From a virus, in the IMG/VR virus record IMGVR_UViG_3300034031_000020, positions 1 through 64,000 of that record: a stretch of 64,000 nt of DNA. One strand, given 5' to 3'. Shown in pieces: positions 53,452 through 63,872 of the stretch. The notes below the pieces were generated by a model, which saw nothing but the letters and a program-made list of their open reading frames with translations, was not told where the DNA came from and did no database searches. Position 1 is the stretch's first letter. Each line of letters starts with the position of its first letter. The position numbers and the translations under genes are program-made.

Positions 53452-54141
53452 GTGAGCAGGAAACGCAGGAACGGCGGTGGCGGTGGCGGCCGTCCCGCCG
53501 CCCACCTCGGCGACACCAGCAGCGTCAACGGTCGGGGCGGCCCGGACCTCCGGATCGTCCGGGGCGGCGAGAACATCACCATCGGGGAGATCGGCGGGGA
53601 GAGTCACGGGAAGGTCACGGCGACGTTCGGGTTCTTCGGCCGGACGCTGCGGGTCAACCCCGACCTCACTGAACTGGAGGTCATCGACCTGTTGGAGGAA
53701 GCCGACAACGTCAAGATGACGGACATCCGGTCCATGACGATGACGAAGAAATACGCGCGGGCGCATGTCCACCCGGACGACTTCGACGAGTTCTGGCGGC
53801 TCATCAAAGCCAACAACCAGGGGACCGCCGACATCATGGTGACGTGCTGGAAGATCCTCGACGGGATCACCGCAAACCCTACTGGCGGGCCGTCCGACTC
53901 CTCGGGTGGGCAGCCCGCAACCAGTCCGTCCTCGCCGCCCGCCTCATCGACTCCGGCCGGACCCCCGTCCGACCGGCGGGCAGCGTTCCTCCAACACATC
54001 GAACGGATCCAGAACCGGACCGACGAGGACGGCAACCCGCTGCCGGTCAACGCGGCGATAGCGGCACAGCTCGCCGTGGCGGCGAAGGCGCAGGGGATCG
54101 ACCTCGACGCCGGACGTCCGTTGGAGCCCGCTACGGCCTGA
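53452..54141 (+). CDS. tail assembly chaperone (G)
   Basis: Between major tail and tape measure; NPT at the slippery site. Confidence 0.8.
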   Translation: MSRKRRNGGGGGGRPAAHLGDTSSVNGRGGPDLRIVRGGENITIGEIGGESHGKVTATFGFFGRTLRVNPDLTELEVIDLLEEADNVKMTDIRSMTMTKKYARAHVHPDDFDEFWRLIKANNQGTADIMVTCWKILDGITANPTGGPSDSSGGQPATSPSSPPASSTPAGPPSDRRAAFLQHIERIQNRTDEDGNPLPVNAAIAAQLAVAAKAQGIDLDAGRPLEPATA

Positions 54142-54368
54142 CCCTCGCCGAGGTGTGTGACCTGTCGTACGCCATCCAGCGGGAAGAGATCGTGGCGCGG
54201 GCCTTGGCGGAGATGCAACTGGCGCCGCACGTGGAGGACTCGACGAAGATCGCGCCACCACACGTGGCGGTCGACGAGTTCGACCAGTGGCTGAACGACC
54301 CTCCACCGGAGGTGAACAGATCCGGGGACCCGGGCCTGGAGGAACTGATCGCGGGAGGGAGGCGGTAG
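53877..54368 (+). CDS. tail assembly chaperone frameshift extension (GT), -1 frame
   Basis: A-AAC-CCT at 53874-53880; -1 frame reads PYWRAVRLLGWA...LTLAEVCDLSY to 54368. Confidence 0.7.
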   Translation, partial: PYWRAVRLLGWAARNQSVLAARLIDSGRTPVRPAGSVPPTHRTDPEPDRRGRQPAAGQRGDSGTARRGGEGAGDRPRRRTSVGARYGLTLAEVCDLSYAIQREEIVARALAEMQLAPHVEDSTKIAPPHVAVDEFDQWLNDPPPEVNRSGDPGLEELIAGGRR

Positions 54369-54371
54369 AGG

Positions 54372-57300
54372 GTGGCCGTTCAGACCGTCGCTGAGGCCGC
54401 CCTCATCGTCCGCCCCGACTTCTCTGGGACGTCCGCCGGTGTCCGGGCCGGTGCCCGCAAGGCCGGGGAGCAGGCCGGGGACGAGACCGGGCGGGGGTTC
54501 TCGTCCCGGCTCCAAGTCGCGATGGACAAGGCCGGGCGCGGCGGGGCGACCGCGTTCGCGAAGGGCTTCGACGGCGGCGGCGGGACCTTCGCCCGGGTTG
54601 TCGCGACGATGGCCGCGAAGATGACCCTTGCGGGTGCCGCCGTCGCGACGGTCACCCCTGGGATCGTCCAGCTCACCGCCGCGCTCATCCCGGCGGCGGG
54701 TGCCGCCGTGGCCCTCCCGGCGGCCCTGATCGGGATCCAGGCGGCGGCGGCGGTCGTGAAGGTCGCCACCGCCGGTGTCGGCGACGCGATCACGAAGGAC
54801 TTCACCGGTACCGCGAAGCAGGCCAAAAAGGCGATGGATGCGCTGCCGCCGTCTGCGCAGCGTTTCGCCCGGTCCATCATCGCGTTGAAACCCCGGATCG
54901 CTGAGCTGCGGGCGTCGGTGGCTCAACGGTTCTTCGCCCCGCTCCAGGACGAGATCCGTCCCCTCGCCGAACGGTACTTCCCGATGCTTCGCCGGGAGAT
55001 GGCGAACACGGCAGGCCCGCTCGGTGGGCTCGGCGAGCAGGTCGCGCAAACCGCCCGCAAATCCGTCGTCTTCAACGCGGTCCGGGACGTCTTCAGGAAC
55101 ACCCGGCTCGCGGCGGTCGAGCTGCGCGGCGGGATCGACCCACTCGTGGTCGGGTTCTCGAACCTGATCCGGGCGACGGTGCCGGAGCTGCCGAAGATGG
55201 CGTCCGGGTTCACCGGCGTCGCGACGTCCGTCGGGAAGTGGCTGACGCAGGCGTCGAAGTCCGGCCAGATCATGCAGATCTACCGCAACGCCATCGACAC
55301 GATCAAAGAGCTGGGCGCCATCTTCGGTGACCTCGGCGCGATCGTCGGCGTCGTCTACACCCAGTCGAACATCAGCGGCGGCAACCTGTTGCGGACCATC
55401 AAGGGTCTGACGGCGGAGGCCCGCGAGTTCGTCACCTCAGCCAGCGGGGTCAAGACCTTGCAGTCCGGGTTCGGTGTCCTCGCCAGCATGGGTGAGGGGC
55501 TACGGACCGGCCTCGGTGGGGCGCTCGTCGCGATCGGTGAGTCCATCCGCATCGCGGCGCCGCTGCTGTCGCAACTCGCCGTCATCGCGGGCCGCCTCGT
55601 CGCCGCGCTCGCGCCGCTGCTGCCCGCGATGACGATGCTCGCGGTCCAGGTCCTGACGGCGTTGCTGCCGTCTATCATTTCCCTGACGGGGTGGCTGGAA
55701 CGCAACCAGGACACCGTCCGGTCGCTCGCCCCGTACGTCCTCGGCGCGGTCGTCGCGTTCCAGGCGTACCGCCTCGCCGTGATCGTCGCGTCCGTCGCCA
55801 CCCGGACGTGGGCCATCGCGATGGGGGTCGCGAAAGTCGCGCAGGCCGGTTGGACGGCCGTCGTGTGGCTGGCCACCCTGCCGGTGAAGGCGCACACGGC
55901 GGCGATGCTGCTGTCCCGTTCCACGATCGGTACCTGGATCGGCGTGAAAGCGATCGAGGCCGGTGCGTGGGCGCGCAGCACGGCGGCGGCGGTCGCCGCT
56001 CGCGTCGCGACCCTCGGATCCACGGCGGCGACCCTGGGCCACCGCGCCGCGACCCTGGCGTCAACGGCCGTCACGAAGGCGTCAGCGGCGGCCACGGCGA
56101 CGTGGGCAGCAGTGACGGCCGGTGCCACGGCGGTGATGAAGGGCGTCCGGATCGCGGTCCTCGCCGTGAACGCGGCCATGCGCGCGAACCCCATCGGCGT
56201 CGTCATCACGATCATCATGCTGTTGGTCGGCGTCCTCGTCATCCTGTACCAGCGCAACCAGACGGTACGGCGGGTCGTCGACGCCGCGTGGAAGGGCATC
56301 AAGACAGCAATCTCCGCCGTCGGCTCGTGGTTCCAGAACACCCTTTGGCCGCTGTTCCGCAAGTATCTCGACTTCCTGATGACGCACTTCCGGCTGTTCC
56401 TGCGGATCGCGCAGTCCGTGTGGACGACCGCCCGATCGGTCATCAGTGGTCAGGTCGCCCTCGTCATCAAGGTGTTCCAGGGCCTGCGGAACTTCGTCAC
56501 GAAGACCCTCCCGGACGGCTTCAAGTCGGGTGTGTCAGCGATCCAGCGGTACTGGAAAGGCGTCCAGGAGGCCGCCCGCGTTCCGGTGGCCTTCGTCGTC
56601 AACCGGGTCGTCAACCCGTTCATCACCGGATTTAACAAGATCTCCAGCGTGTTCGGTGTGAAGGCCGTCCCCACGGTCGGCGGGTTCGCCGAGGGCGGCC
56701 AGATCCCAGGGCCCCCGTCGTCGAAGGACAACCGGGTCGCGTGGCTGAAAGACGCCGCCGGGCGCGCCGTGTCGAGTATCAGCGTCGCGACGGGTGAGTT
56801 CATCGTCAACGCCCGCGACACCGCGAAGGCGCTCCCCCTGCTCCGCTGGATCAACGACGGGATGAAGGGCGGACCGGCGGCGATCACCCGGCGTCTCGGC
56901 CGTCGGCCGGTGGACCGGGCGGGGGACGGCTCCGAGGGCTACGCGTTCGCGAAGGGTGGCCTCGTCGGGTTCCTGTCCGACGTGTGGGGCGCCATCAGTG
57001 ACCCGGCGAAACTCATCAAGGCACCCGTCGAGGCGATGATCCGGCAGATCCCCGGCGGTGGACTCGTCCGTGACGTGCTCGTCGGCATGGGCCACAAACT
57101 CATCAGTGGCCTTACCGGGTTCCTGTCCGGCGGCGGCGGGTTCGGCGGCGGGACCGCGACCGGCAACGTCGGTAAGGCGCAGTCGTTCGTCCGCGCGCAG
57201 GCCGGGAAGCCGTACGGGTGGGCGAACGCGGGCCCCGGGTCGTACGACTGCTCCGGCATCGTGTCGGCGGCGTACAACGTCATGAAGGGCAAGAACCCGT

Positions 57301-57830
57301 ACTCGCACACGTTCTCCACGGGTAGCCTCCCCGGGCCGTGGTTCGCGCAGGGCCGCCGGGTGGGTCCCCTCGTCGCCGGGTGGGCGCACCCCGGGCAGCG
57401 CGGCGCGTCCGCGAACGTCGGCCACATGGCAGGTTCCATCGGCGGGATGCCGTTCTCCAGCACCGGTTCCCGAGGTGTCCGGGTGGGCCCGGCGGCCGAC
57501 AAGGTGACCGACTTCGCGTACATCGGCGCGGCCCGCGCGGCTGGTGGCCTCGTCGAACTCCAGAAGATCGCGAAGGTCGCGCAGGCCGACTTCGGCAACG
57601 TCACCCTCGCCCCCGGGCAGAACCTGATCTATAACGGCCTCGGCCGCCCCGAGCCGCTGGTCACCCCGAAGCCCCCCACCGGTGGGCCCGGCGGCGGCGC
57701 GCGGATGCACCCCGACGACATAGCGGCACTGGCCGACGCGATCGGCGGGGTCCTCGGCCGCGCGCTGCTCGGCACCGTCCCCGCGACCCGGGCGGCGGCG
57801 CGGCAGGCAGGGCGGAGGCCCGGACGATGA
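54372..57830 (+). CDS. tape measure protein with C-terminal NlpC/P60 domain
   Basis: 1152 aa, Ala-rich helical, ANPIG; GKPYGW..YDCSG..GHM. Confidence 0.92.
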   Translation: MAVQTVAEAALIVRPDFSGTSAGVRAGARKAGEQAGDETGRGFSSRLQVAMDKAGRGGATAFAKGFDGGGGTFARVVATMAAKMTLAGAAVATVTPGIVQLTAALIPAAGAAVALPAALIGIQAAAAVVKVATAGVGDAITKDFTGTAKQAKKAMDALPPSAQRFARSIIALKPRIAELRASVAQRFFAPLQDEIRPLAERYFPMLRREMANTAGPLGGLGEQVAQTARKSVVFNAVRDVFRNTRLAAVELRGGIDPLVVGFSNLIRATVPELPKMASGFTGVATSVGKWLTQASKSGQIMQIYRNAIDTIKELGAIFGDLGAIVGVVYTQSNISGGNLLRTIKGLTAEAREFVTSASGVKTLQSGFGVLASMGEGLRTGLGGALVAIGESIRIAAPLLSQLAVIAGRLVAALAPLLPAMTMLAVQVLTALLPSIISLTGWLERNQDTVRSLAPYVLGAVVAFQAYRLAVIVASVATRTWAIAMGVAKVAQAGWTAVVWLATLPVKAHTAAMLLSRSTIGTWIGVKAIEAGAWARSTAAAVAARVATLGSTAATLGHRAATLASTAVTKASAAATATWAAVTAGATAVMKGVRIAVLAVNAAMRANPIGVVITIIMLLVGVLVILYQRNQTVRRVVDAAWKGIKTAISAVGSWFQNTLWPLFRKYLDFLMTHFRLFLRIAQSVWTTARSVISGQVALVIKVFQGLRNFVTKTLPDGFKSGVSAIQRYWKGVQEAARVPVAFVVNRVVNPFITGFNKISSVFGVKAVPTVGGFAEGGQIPGPPSSKDNRVAWLKDAAGRAVSSISVATGEFIVNARDTAKALPLLRWINDGMKGGPAAITRRLGRRPVDRAGDGSEGYAFAKGGLVGFLSDVWGAISDPAKLIKAPVEAMIRQIPGGGLVRDVLVGMGHKLISGLTGFLSGGGGFGGGTATGNVGKAQSFVRAQAGKPYGWANAGPGSYDCSGIVSAAYNVMKGKNPYSHTFSTGSLPGPWFAQGRRVGPLVAGWAHPGQRGASANVGHMAGSIGGMPFSSTGSRGVRVGPAADKVTDFAYIGAARAAGGLVELQKIAKVAQADFGNVTLAPGQNLIYNGLGRPEPLVTPKPPTGGPGGGARMHPDDIAALADAIGGVLGRALLGTVPATRAAARQAGRRPGR

Positions 57831-57870
57831 TGATTCGTCAGCCGAGTAGGGTCCTCGTCATGATCCGGAG

Positions 57871-58269
57871 GTGGTCCACATCCAGCTCCAATTGACCAAA
57901 CTCTGGCTCACGAACGTCGTGACCACGGAGATGCTTGGCGCGCAGTCGTCGCCGGACCGGCCGCAGGACTACGCGGTGAAAGGTGAGATCCGCACCTACG
58001 CCGGTGGGCGGCAACGAGCCGTCGGCAGCCTCGGCGCGTCCGGGCAGTGGAAGTTCCAGCTCATGGAACTCACCGCCACCCAGGTCGAAACCCTGAAAAC
58101 GTGGATGGAAGCCGGGGTCACCGTCCTCGCCCGCGACCACCGGGGCCAATCCATGTACGGCACGTTCTTCGGCGTCACCGTCGGCGAGAACATGGCGCAG
58201 CTCTGGCAGAACGCCACCTACACGGCGGAGATCACCCTCCAGGCCGTGGACGTCGTCGAGGGGGTCTGA
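57871..58269 (+). CDS. minor tail protein (distal tail-like)
   Basis: Position after the tape measure; RDHRG motif. Confidence 0.7.
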   Translation: MVHIQLQLTKLWLTNVVTTEMLGAQSSPDRPQDYAVKGEIRTYAGGRQRAVGSLGASGQWKFQLMELTATQVETLKTWMEAGVTVLARDHRGQSMYGTFFGVTVGENMAQLWQNATYTAEITLQAVDVVEGV

Positions 58270-59424
58270 GTGCAGCCACCCACCGACGGCCCCCGCGCCG
58301 GGTACTCGGAGGCCGAAGTCGCGTACCTGATCGAGAACTCGTCCAGCTTCGACACCGACATGGGCCTCGAACTGCTCGGCGGCCTCGACACCATGACCGT
58401 CGAAGATGACCTGTCCCAGTGGATGTCCGCCGCGACCGTGACCCGCTCCAACTACGCGAACCTCCACGCGTCCGCGAGCCTGACCCTGTCGTCGCCGCTG
58501 TCCTGGGGCAACAGCATCGTCCGGCCGTACATGACGATGACCGGCCCGACGAGCCCCACATCCGGACTGACGACGATGCGGTTCTACCAGGGCGCCTACT
58601 TCGTCGACTCCCCCGAGGAAGACCTGTCGGAGATCCCACCGCAGTACGACGTCACCGGGTACGACGTACTGTCCATCCTCGACGACGCGATCGGCGACGA
58701 CTACTCCATCGCGAAGGGGACGCTGTACCTGGACCGGGTGGAGCAGATCCTCCAGGAGCGGGGCATCGCCCGGTACCACATCGACCCGGACCGGTTGTCG
58801 TCGACGGTCGCGTCGACGAAGGTCTACAACCTGGACGAGAACCCGACCTGGCTCCAGGTCGTGAACGACTGTCTCGCCGCCGTCGGGTACCAGGGGATCT
58901 GGACGGACTGGAACGGGACGTTTCAGTGCCGCTCGTACGACACCCCCGGCGACCGCTCCCCCGAATGGTTCCTGTCCGCCGAGGTCGCCAACACCTTGCT
59001 GACGCAGCGGCGCAAACGGTCCCGCGACTTCTACGACGCCCCCAACCGGTGGGTGTTCTACCAGTCGAACGTGACGGAGACGCAACCCGTCGACGGGAAC
59101 GGCCGGTACGAGTACACCAACGAGTCGAAGGGGGACACCTCCGTCGAGGCCCGGGGCGGGCGGGTCATCACGAAACCGCCGGAGGGTGTCGACGTCGCCG
59201 ACCATGCCGCCCTGATCGCGTACGCGAAACGGGTCATCGACGGCGACATGTCGATCCCGACGACCATCTCGATCGAGACCGCACCGCTGCCGCTCATCTG
59301 GCACATGGACCGGTACTCGGTGTCGGACCCCATCCTCGGGACGTCCCTGGAGGTCATGGGGACGTCGTGGACGATGAACCTCGACGGGTCCGACGTGCAA
59401 CACGAATGGACGGTCGTCGAGTAA
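58270..59424 (+). CDS. minor tail protein (baseplate hub-like)
   Basis: YD.LSILDD, IWTDWNG, APNRWV. Confidence 0.75.
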   Translation: MQPPTDGPRAGYSEAEVAYLIENSSSFDTDMGLELLGGLDTMTVEDDLSQWMSAATVTRSNYANLHASASLTLSSPLSWGNSIVRPYMTMTGPTSPTSGLTTMRFYQGAYFVDSPEEDLSEIPPQYDVTGYDVLSILDDAIGDDYSIAKGTLYLDRVEQILQERGIARYHIDPDRLSSTVASTKVYNLDENPTWLQVVNDCLAAVGYQGIWTDWNGTFQCRSYDTPGDRSPEWFLSAEVANTLLTQRRKRSRDFYDAPNRWVFYQSNVTETQPVDGNGRYEYTNESKGDTSVEARGGRVITKPPEGVDVADHAALIAYAKRVIDGDMSIPTTISIETAPLPLIWHMDRYSVSDPILGTSLEVMGTSWTMNLDGSDVQHEWTVVE

Positions 59425-60110
59425 TGGCCGGGTACTCGGAGGGTCTGCTGGGCCTCATCGACTCCCGGACCGCCCGGGACGCGCCCGCGAAGATGGGGAC
59501 CGTGCAATGGCGGTCCACGGGGGCGCTGGCCGGTGACCCCGGCATGTACGCGGTGACCGTCATCTTCGACGGCAGCGGCGGTACCGCGCAGGAGGTCAAA
59601 TGCTTCGAGTCCGTCATCGTCGACGAGGGCGACCGGGTCGGGGTGATCCGGTACGAGGGTGAATGGATCGTCACCGGCAACTACCGGCTCCGGACCCTGG
59701 CGGACGCGTCGCTGCGACTCCAGTACGGCACGTCCTCGGGGACCACCTCGGCGACGTTCGTCGACATGCCCTCATCACCGACGGCGTCACCGATCAAGGT
59801 CCGGGATTACACCCTGTTCCGGATCTCCATCGACCTGTCCCTCACATCCACGGTCACGGGCACGGTCGTGGAGCTGGGGGCGTACGTCGCGAGCGTCGAC
59901 GGGACCGTGGCGTACGACGAGGTGATCTGCAAACGGGCCATCAACGCGGCGGGCGACCACCGGGAAATCGGTGGCTGGACGACCACGGCCGCGCTCGTCG
60001 GCGGCGGGTACGCGGTCACCGGCCGGTGGCGCCGGGTGTCGGGGACGGGCACGCTCAACATGGACGCCAACGACGGGGTTCACCTGCGGGTCCAGGAAGT
60101 GGTGACGTAA
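59424..60110 (+). CDS. minor tail protein
   Basis: TAATG coupling; GDRV OB-like N-terminus. Confidence 0.75.
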   Translation: MAGYSEGLLGLIDSRTARDAPAKMGTVQWRSTGALAGDPGMYAVTVIFDGSGGTAQEVKCFESVIVDEGDRVGVIRYEGEWIVTGNYRLRTLADASLRLQYGTSSGTTSATFVDMPSSPTASPIKVRDYTLFRISIDLSLTSTVTGTVVELGAYVASVDGTVAYDEVICKRAINAAGDHREIGGWTTTAALVGGGYAVTGRWRRVSGTGTLNMDANDGVHLRVQEVVT

Positions 60111-63100
60111 TGCCAACGGTGACGACGTCGACGAGTGCTGGCGCGTTCGGGTTCCCACCCATGTCGTTCCTGGAGCGGGCCCCCGACACCGGGCACCTGT
60201 GGGTCCTGTTCCGTAGCACCGACACCCAGGTTTCCGTGTACCGGTCGACGGACAACGGCGCGACGTGGGGTTCACAGGGGTCGTTCACCCGGACCGGGTT
60301 GTATGACGTGGGTGAGGCCCGCATCGACCAGGCCGGTGACCACATCCACCTGACGTACCTGACGAACGAGTCCAGCCAGGACCGGATCTACTACAAGCGG
60401 ATCGACATCCGGTCCGGCAGCGCCTCGCTCGCGACCGGTGAGGTCCAGGTCGCGGCGACGGCGAACGGTGGCGTCGCCCGGGGCTACTGGCACTCGTGTT
60501 CGATCTACCCGTACAAGAACCCGGACGGGTCGTTCGCGGTGGTGATCCCGTCGGCGTTCCGGTCGTCGGGCGGGTCCGGGGTCTACGTGCACGGCCTGTC
60601 GATCAGGAACGACGCGGTCCTCACGACCCGCAAGAACGACGGCCTGATCCGGTCGACCCGCTCGTACCGGGTCAGCGGCGACGACACAGGCGGCCTGACG
60701 GTGTGCTGCGACGTGGAGCACAACGGCGACGGGTACACCACGAAGACCCCGAACGTATGGATCGCGTACCAGGTCCACGGGGTGGCGTACGCCCTGAAGC
60801 TGACGTGGCAGGGGTACAAGACGGGGTGGGCGTCGCCGACGACCGCGCCGACCGTCGCCGTGTCACGGACCAGTTCCCGGGACCTCCCCGCCCGGTGGGA
60901 CGGGAAACGGTTCGTCATCATGTCGACGAACCCCACCGACACCACGAAGATGGACGTCTTCGAGCGGGACGCGGGGAACACGAAGAACGTCGCGAAGCGC
61001 ACCAGCCCCACCCACCCGAACCTCACCACCACGATCAACGCGAACATGATGTCGTACAACCACGTCACCCAGGACCTGCGGATCTTCGGGGTGGGTGTCG
61101 GCGGCGGGACCGTCTACTACGTCGACTTCATCCGGGCCACCGCGACGTGGGGGACGTGGACGCAGGCGAACGCGGTCGCGCCGGTCACCTCCGAGTGGGG
61201 GATCCGTCGGTCCACGCACGGTACCAACCAGTACGACGTGTACCAGCAGTCCGGCGCCAGCAGCCCCTACACGATCTCCACGTACGCGCTGGCCGTGAAC
61301 TACGCGCCGTCGGCGCCGACGTGGGTGACGGGGAAGGCGGGCACCCCCGACACGAACGGGGCCGCGTTCGACGTCGCGTCGACGTTGCTGCTGGACTGGA
61401 ACTTCATCGACGCGAACAAGGCCGACACGCAGCAGACGTACGCCCTGCAACGGCAGATCGGGGTCGCGGCCGTCCAGTGGTGGCGGACGTCGGACTCGAC
61501 GTGGCAACTCGCCGAGACGTTCAACACGTCCAGCACGTCCGCGCTGACGTTGACCGCCGCGCAGTGGGTCGGCGGCGGCGGCGCGGCGGACGTCGCGCAC
61601 GTCTACAAAGTCAAGGTCACCGACTCGGGGGGTCTGGTGTCCGCGTACTCCGCCGGGCTGGCCGTGGTCCCGTCCACCCGCGTCGACCCGACGCTCACCG
61701 CGCCGGTCGCCGACGCGATCCTCGCGTCGGGGGTCGTCGCCGCGACGTGGACGGTGTCGGAGCAGTCCGCGTACCGGGTGCGGGTCATGCCGTCCGTGGC
61801 GAACGATGCGTTCAGCCGGACCACCTCCAACGGGTGGGGGTCAGCGGACTACGGCGGCCCGTGGACGGTCGTGTCCGGTGGGGTCCTGTCCGACTACGCA
61901 GTCTCCGGTGGCCTCGCCCGGCAGACCCACACCGTCCGCAACACGCAGCACGAGATCCGGCTCATGGACGTCATCGCGGCCGACGTCAACGTCCTCATCA
62001 ACTCGATCACCGTCCCCGGGGTGTCGACGGGCAACGCGAACGAGGTCAACGTCCGCGCCCGGTGGGTGGACACGGTCACGTACGTCGACGTGAGGGTGTT
62101 CTTCCGCCTCGCGGGGGAGATCTCCATCGTCGTCCGGTCCCTGATCGGTGGGGTGGAGTCGTTCTCCCCGTTCGTGGTCCGCACCGACCTGCCCGGGGCG
62201 GGCCCGGTGTCGGTCCGGTTCGTCGCCGAAGGCGAGACCCTGAAAGCGCGGGTGTGGTCGTCGGTGTCGAACGAACCGAACCGGTGGGACGTCGAATGCC
62301 CGGCGGGGCACGTCGCCGCCGGGGCCCTCACCGTCGGGACTGTCGTGACGAGCACTAACACGAACGCGCTGCCCTACACGTTCACGATCGACGGCATCGT
62401 GGTGTCAGACGCGTCGCTGGCGTACCACGACAGTGGGTGGGTCACCGAGTCCACCCCCGGTACCCCGCAAGTCCTCAGCTACGACGTACCCACCCTGCTC
62501 CCCGACGGGTACGCCGGGCTGCTGACCTTCCAGACCCGCAACATGGAAGGGCTGGCGTCGGTGCTGCGGACGGTGCCGTTCACCGTCGACTTCGTCGAAC
62601 CCGCCGCCCCCGTCGTCACCGCGCTGACCGCGACACCCGCGACCGGCGGTATCACGCTGACGCTGACGCAGGTCGCACCCGTCGCCGGGCAGCCCGGCAC
62701 GACCCGGATGGAGCTGTACCGGCGGAAGGTCGTCTACAGCTCACCCGCGAACAGCAACCCGTACTTCGAGGTCGACGCCGCCGACTGGGGGAACGTGTCG
62801 TACACGTCGGCGGCCCGGTCCACGACCGTCGCACACCAGGGCGTCGCCAGCCTGTTCCTGACGCCGTCGGGGGCGGCGGCCAGCCCGTACGTCCAGACGG
62901 TCACGATCACGCCCATGGGGGCCGTTCAGCGGTGGGAGGCGCGTGCCTGGTTCCGGTCCACGACCGCGCTCCGACCGGTCCGGCTCAAGCTCCAGTGGTA
63001 CAACGTCTCCAACGTCCTGATCTCCGAGTCGGTGCGGGACTTCACCGTCGTCGCCGGGGTATGGGTGTGGGCCCGGCACGTCGCCACCGCCCCGCCCACC

Positions 63101-63340
63101 GCCGTGGGGGTGCGGTGGGCCATCGGGCAGATCAACACACCGGCGGCGACGGACACCCTATACGTCGACGAGGCGGTCCTCATCCAGGCGAACGACGACC
63201 GGGGGATCCGGCTCGACGCGGGCGTAGAGTCCGGGGAAACGGTCCTCGACTGGCGGGCCGTCACCGGCGTCGACTACGAGTACGCCGGATACGCCGTCGG
63301 CGACAACGGGACCGACGTCCTCGGCCCCTGGCAGATGTGA
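60110..63340 (+). CDS. large minor tail/receptor-binding protein (BNR-like motif, FN3-like and CBM-like regions)
   Basis: YRSTDNGATW; YKVKVTDS; NPYFEVDAADW. Confidence 0.8.
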   Translation: MPTVTTSTSAGAFGFPPMSFLERAPDTGHLWVLFRSTDTQVSVYRSTDNGATWGSQGSFTRTGLYDVGEARIDQAGDHIHLTYLTNESSQDRIYYKRIDIRSGSASLATGEVQVAATANGGVARGYWHSCSIYPYKNPDGSFAVVIPSAFRSSGGSGVYVHGLSIRNDAVLTTRKNDGLIRSTRSYRVSGDDTGGLTVCCDVEHNGDGYTTKTPNVWIAYQVHGVAYALKLTWQGYKTGWASPTTAPTVAVSRTSSRDLPARWDGKRFVIMSTNPTDTTKMDVFERDAGNTKNVAKRTSPTHPNLTTTINANMMSYNHVTQDLRIFGVGVGGGTVYYVDFIRATATWGTWTQANAVAPVTSEWGIRRSTHGTNQYDVYQQSGASSPYTISTYALAVNYAPSAPTWVTGKAGTPDTNGAAFDVASTLLLDWNFIDANKADTQQTYALQRQIGVAAVQWWRTSDSTWQLAETFNTSSTSALTLTAAQWVGGGGAADVAHVYKVKVTDSGGLVSAYSAGLAVVPSTRVDPTLTAPVADAILASGVVAATWTVSEQSAYRVRVMPSVANDAFSRTTSNGWGSADYGGPWTVVSGGVLSDYAVSGGLARQTHTVRNTQHEIRLMDVIAADVNVLINSITVPGVSTGNANEVNVRARWVDTVTYVDVRVFFRLAGEISIVVRSLIGGVESFSPFVVRTDLPGAGPVSVRFVAEGETLKARVWSSVSNEPNRWDVECPAGHVAAGALTVGTVVTSTNTNALPYTFTIDGIVVSDASLAYHDSGWVTESTPGTPQVLSYDVPTLLPDGYAGLLTFQTRNMEGLASVLRTVPFTVDFVEPAAPVVTALTATPATGGITLTLTQVAPVAGQPGTTRMELYRRKVVYSSPANSNPYFEVDAADWGNVSYTSAARSTTVAHQGVASLFLTPSGAAASPYVQTVTITPMGAVQRWEARAWFRSTTALRPVRLKLQWYNVSNVLISESVRDFTVVAGVWVWARHVATAPPTAVGVRWAIGQINTPAATDTLYVDEAVLIQANDDRGIRLDAGVESGETVLDWRAVTGVDYEYAGYAVGDNGTDVLGPWQM

Positions 63341-63350
63341 GGGGGCACCG

Positions 63351-63863
63351 GTGGCGAAGCCCGGCGACAGCACCGAAGCCGACCTGAACACGAACTCGGC
63401 CACCACGGAGGACACCGTCGCGGACCTGGTGTCGGTGACGTTCATCTACGATCCGGCCCTCGGCTCCCCGGTGGAGACGCAACCCCTCGGTGGTCGGACG
63501 GTCGCGGTCCCGAAGTCGGCGATCCCCCTCCCGAAGCGGGGGAGTCTGCTGGGTCAGCAAGGGTTCGGGCGGCAAGCCGTCGTCGCGGACCCGACGTCAC
63601 CGGAGACTCCCCCGGCGACGATGATCCGGTGGGAGTGGGTCCTCCAGGGCGGAACGGACCCGGTGGACCTGTTCGTCGACAACCTGACCGGCCGTCCCGG
63701 GTGGCTCATTCCGGCATCGCGGGCGACGATCAAAACCCTTGTTCAGCGGTTATTCTCAGCGGGTATCCCCCGGTCGACGATCGTCAATCAGGTGCCGCTC
63801 ATGTATCAGGCGGTAGCTGCGGAGGTGAGGGCCGAAGACTCGGCCTCGCCTAAGGCTCCATAG
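63351..63863 (+). CDS. hypothetical protein
   Basis: GTG after SD GAGG. Confidence 0.6.
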   Translation: MAKPGDSTEADLNTNSATTEDTVADLVSVTFIYDPALGSPVETQPLGGRTVAVPKSAIPLPKRGSLLGQQGFGRQAVVADPTSPETPPATMIRWEWVLQGGTDPVDLFVDNLTGRPGWLIPASRATIKTLVQRLFSAGIPRSTIVNQVPLMYQAVAAEVRAEDSASPKAP

Positions 63864-63872
63864 GAGGAAATC

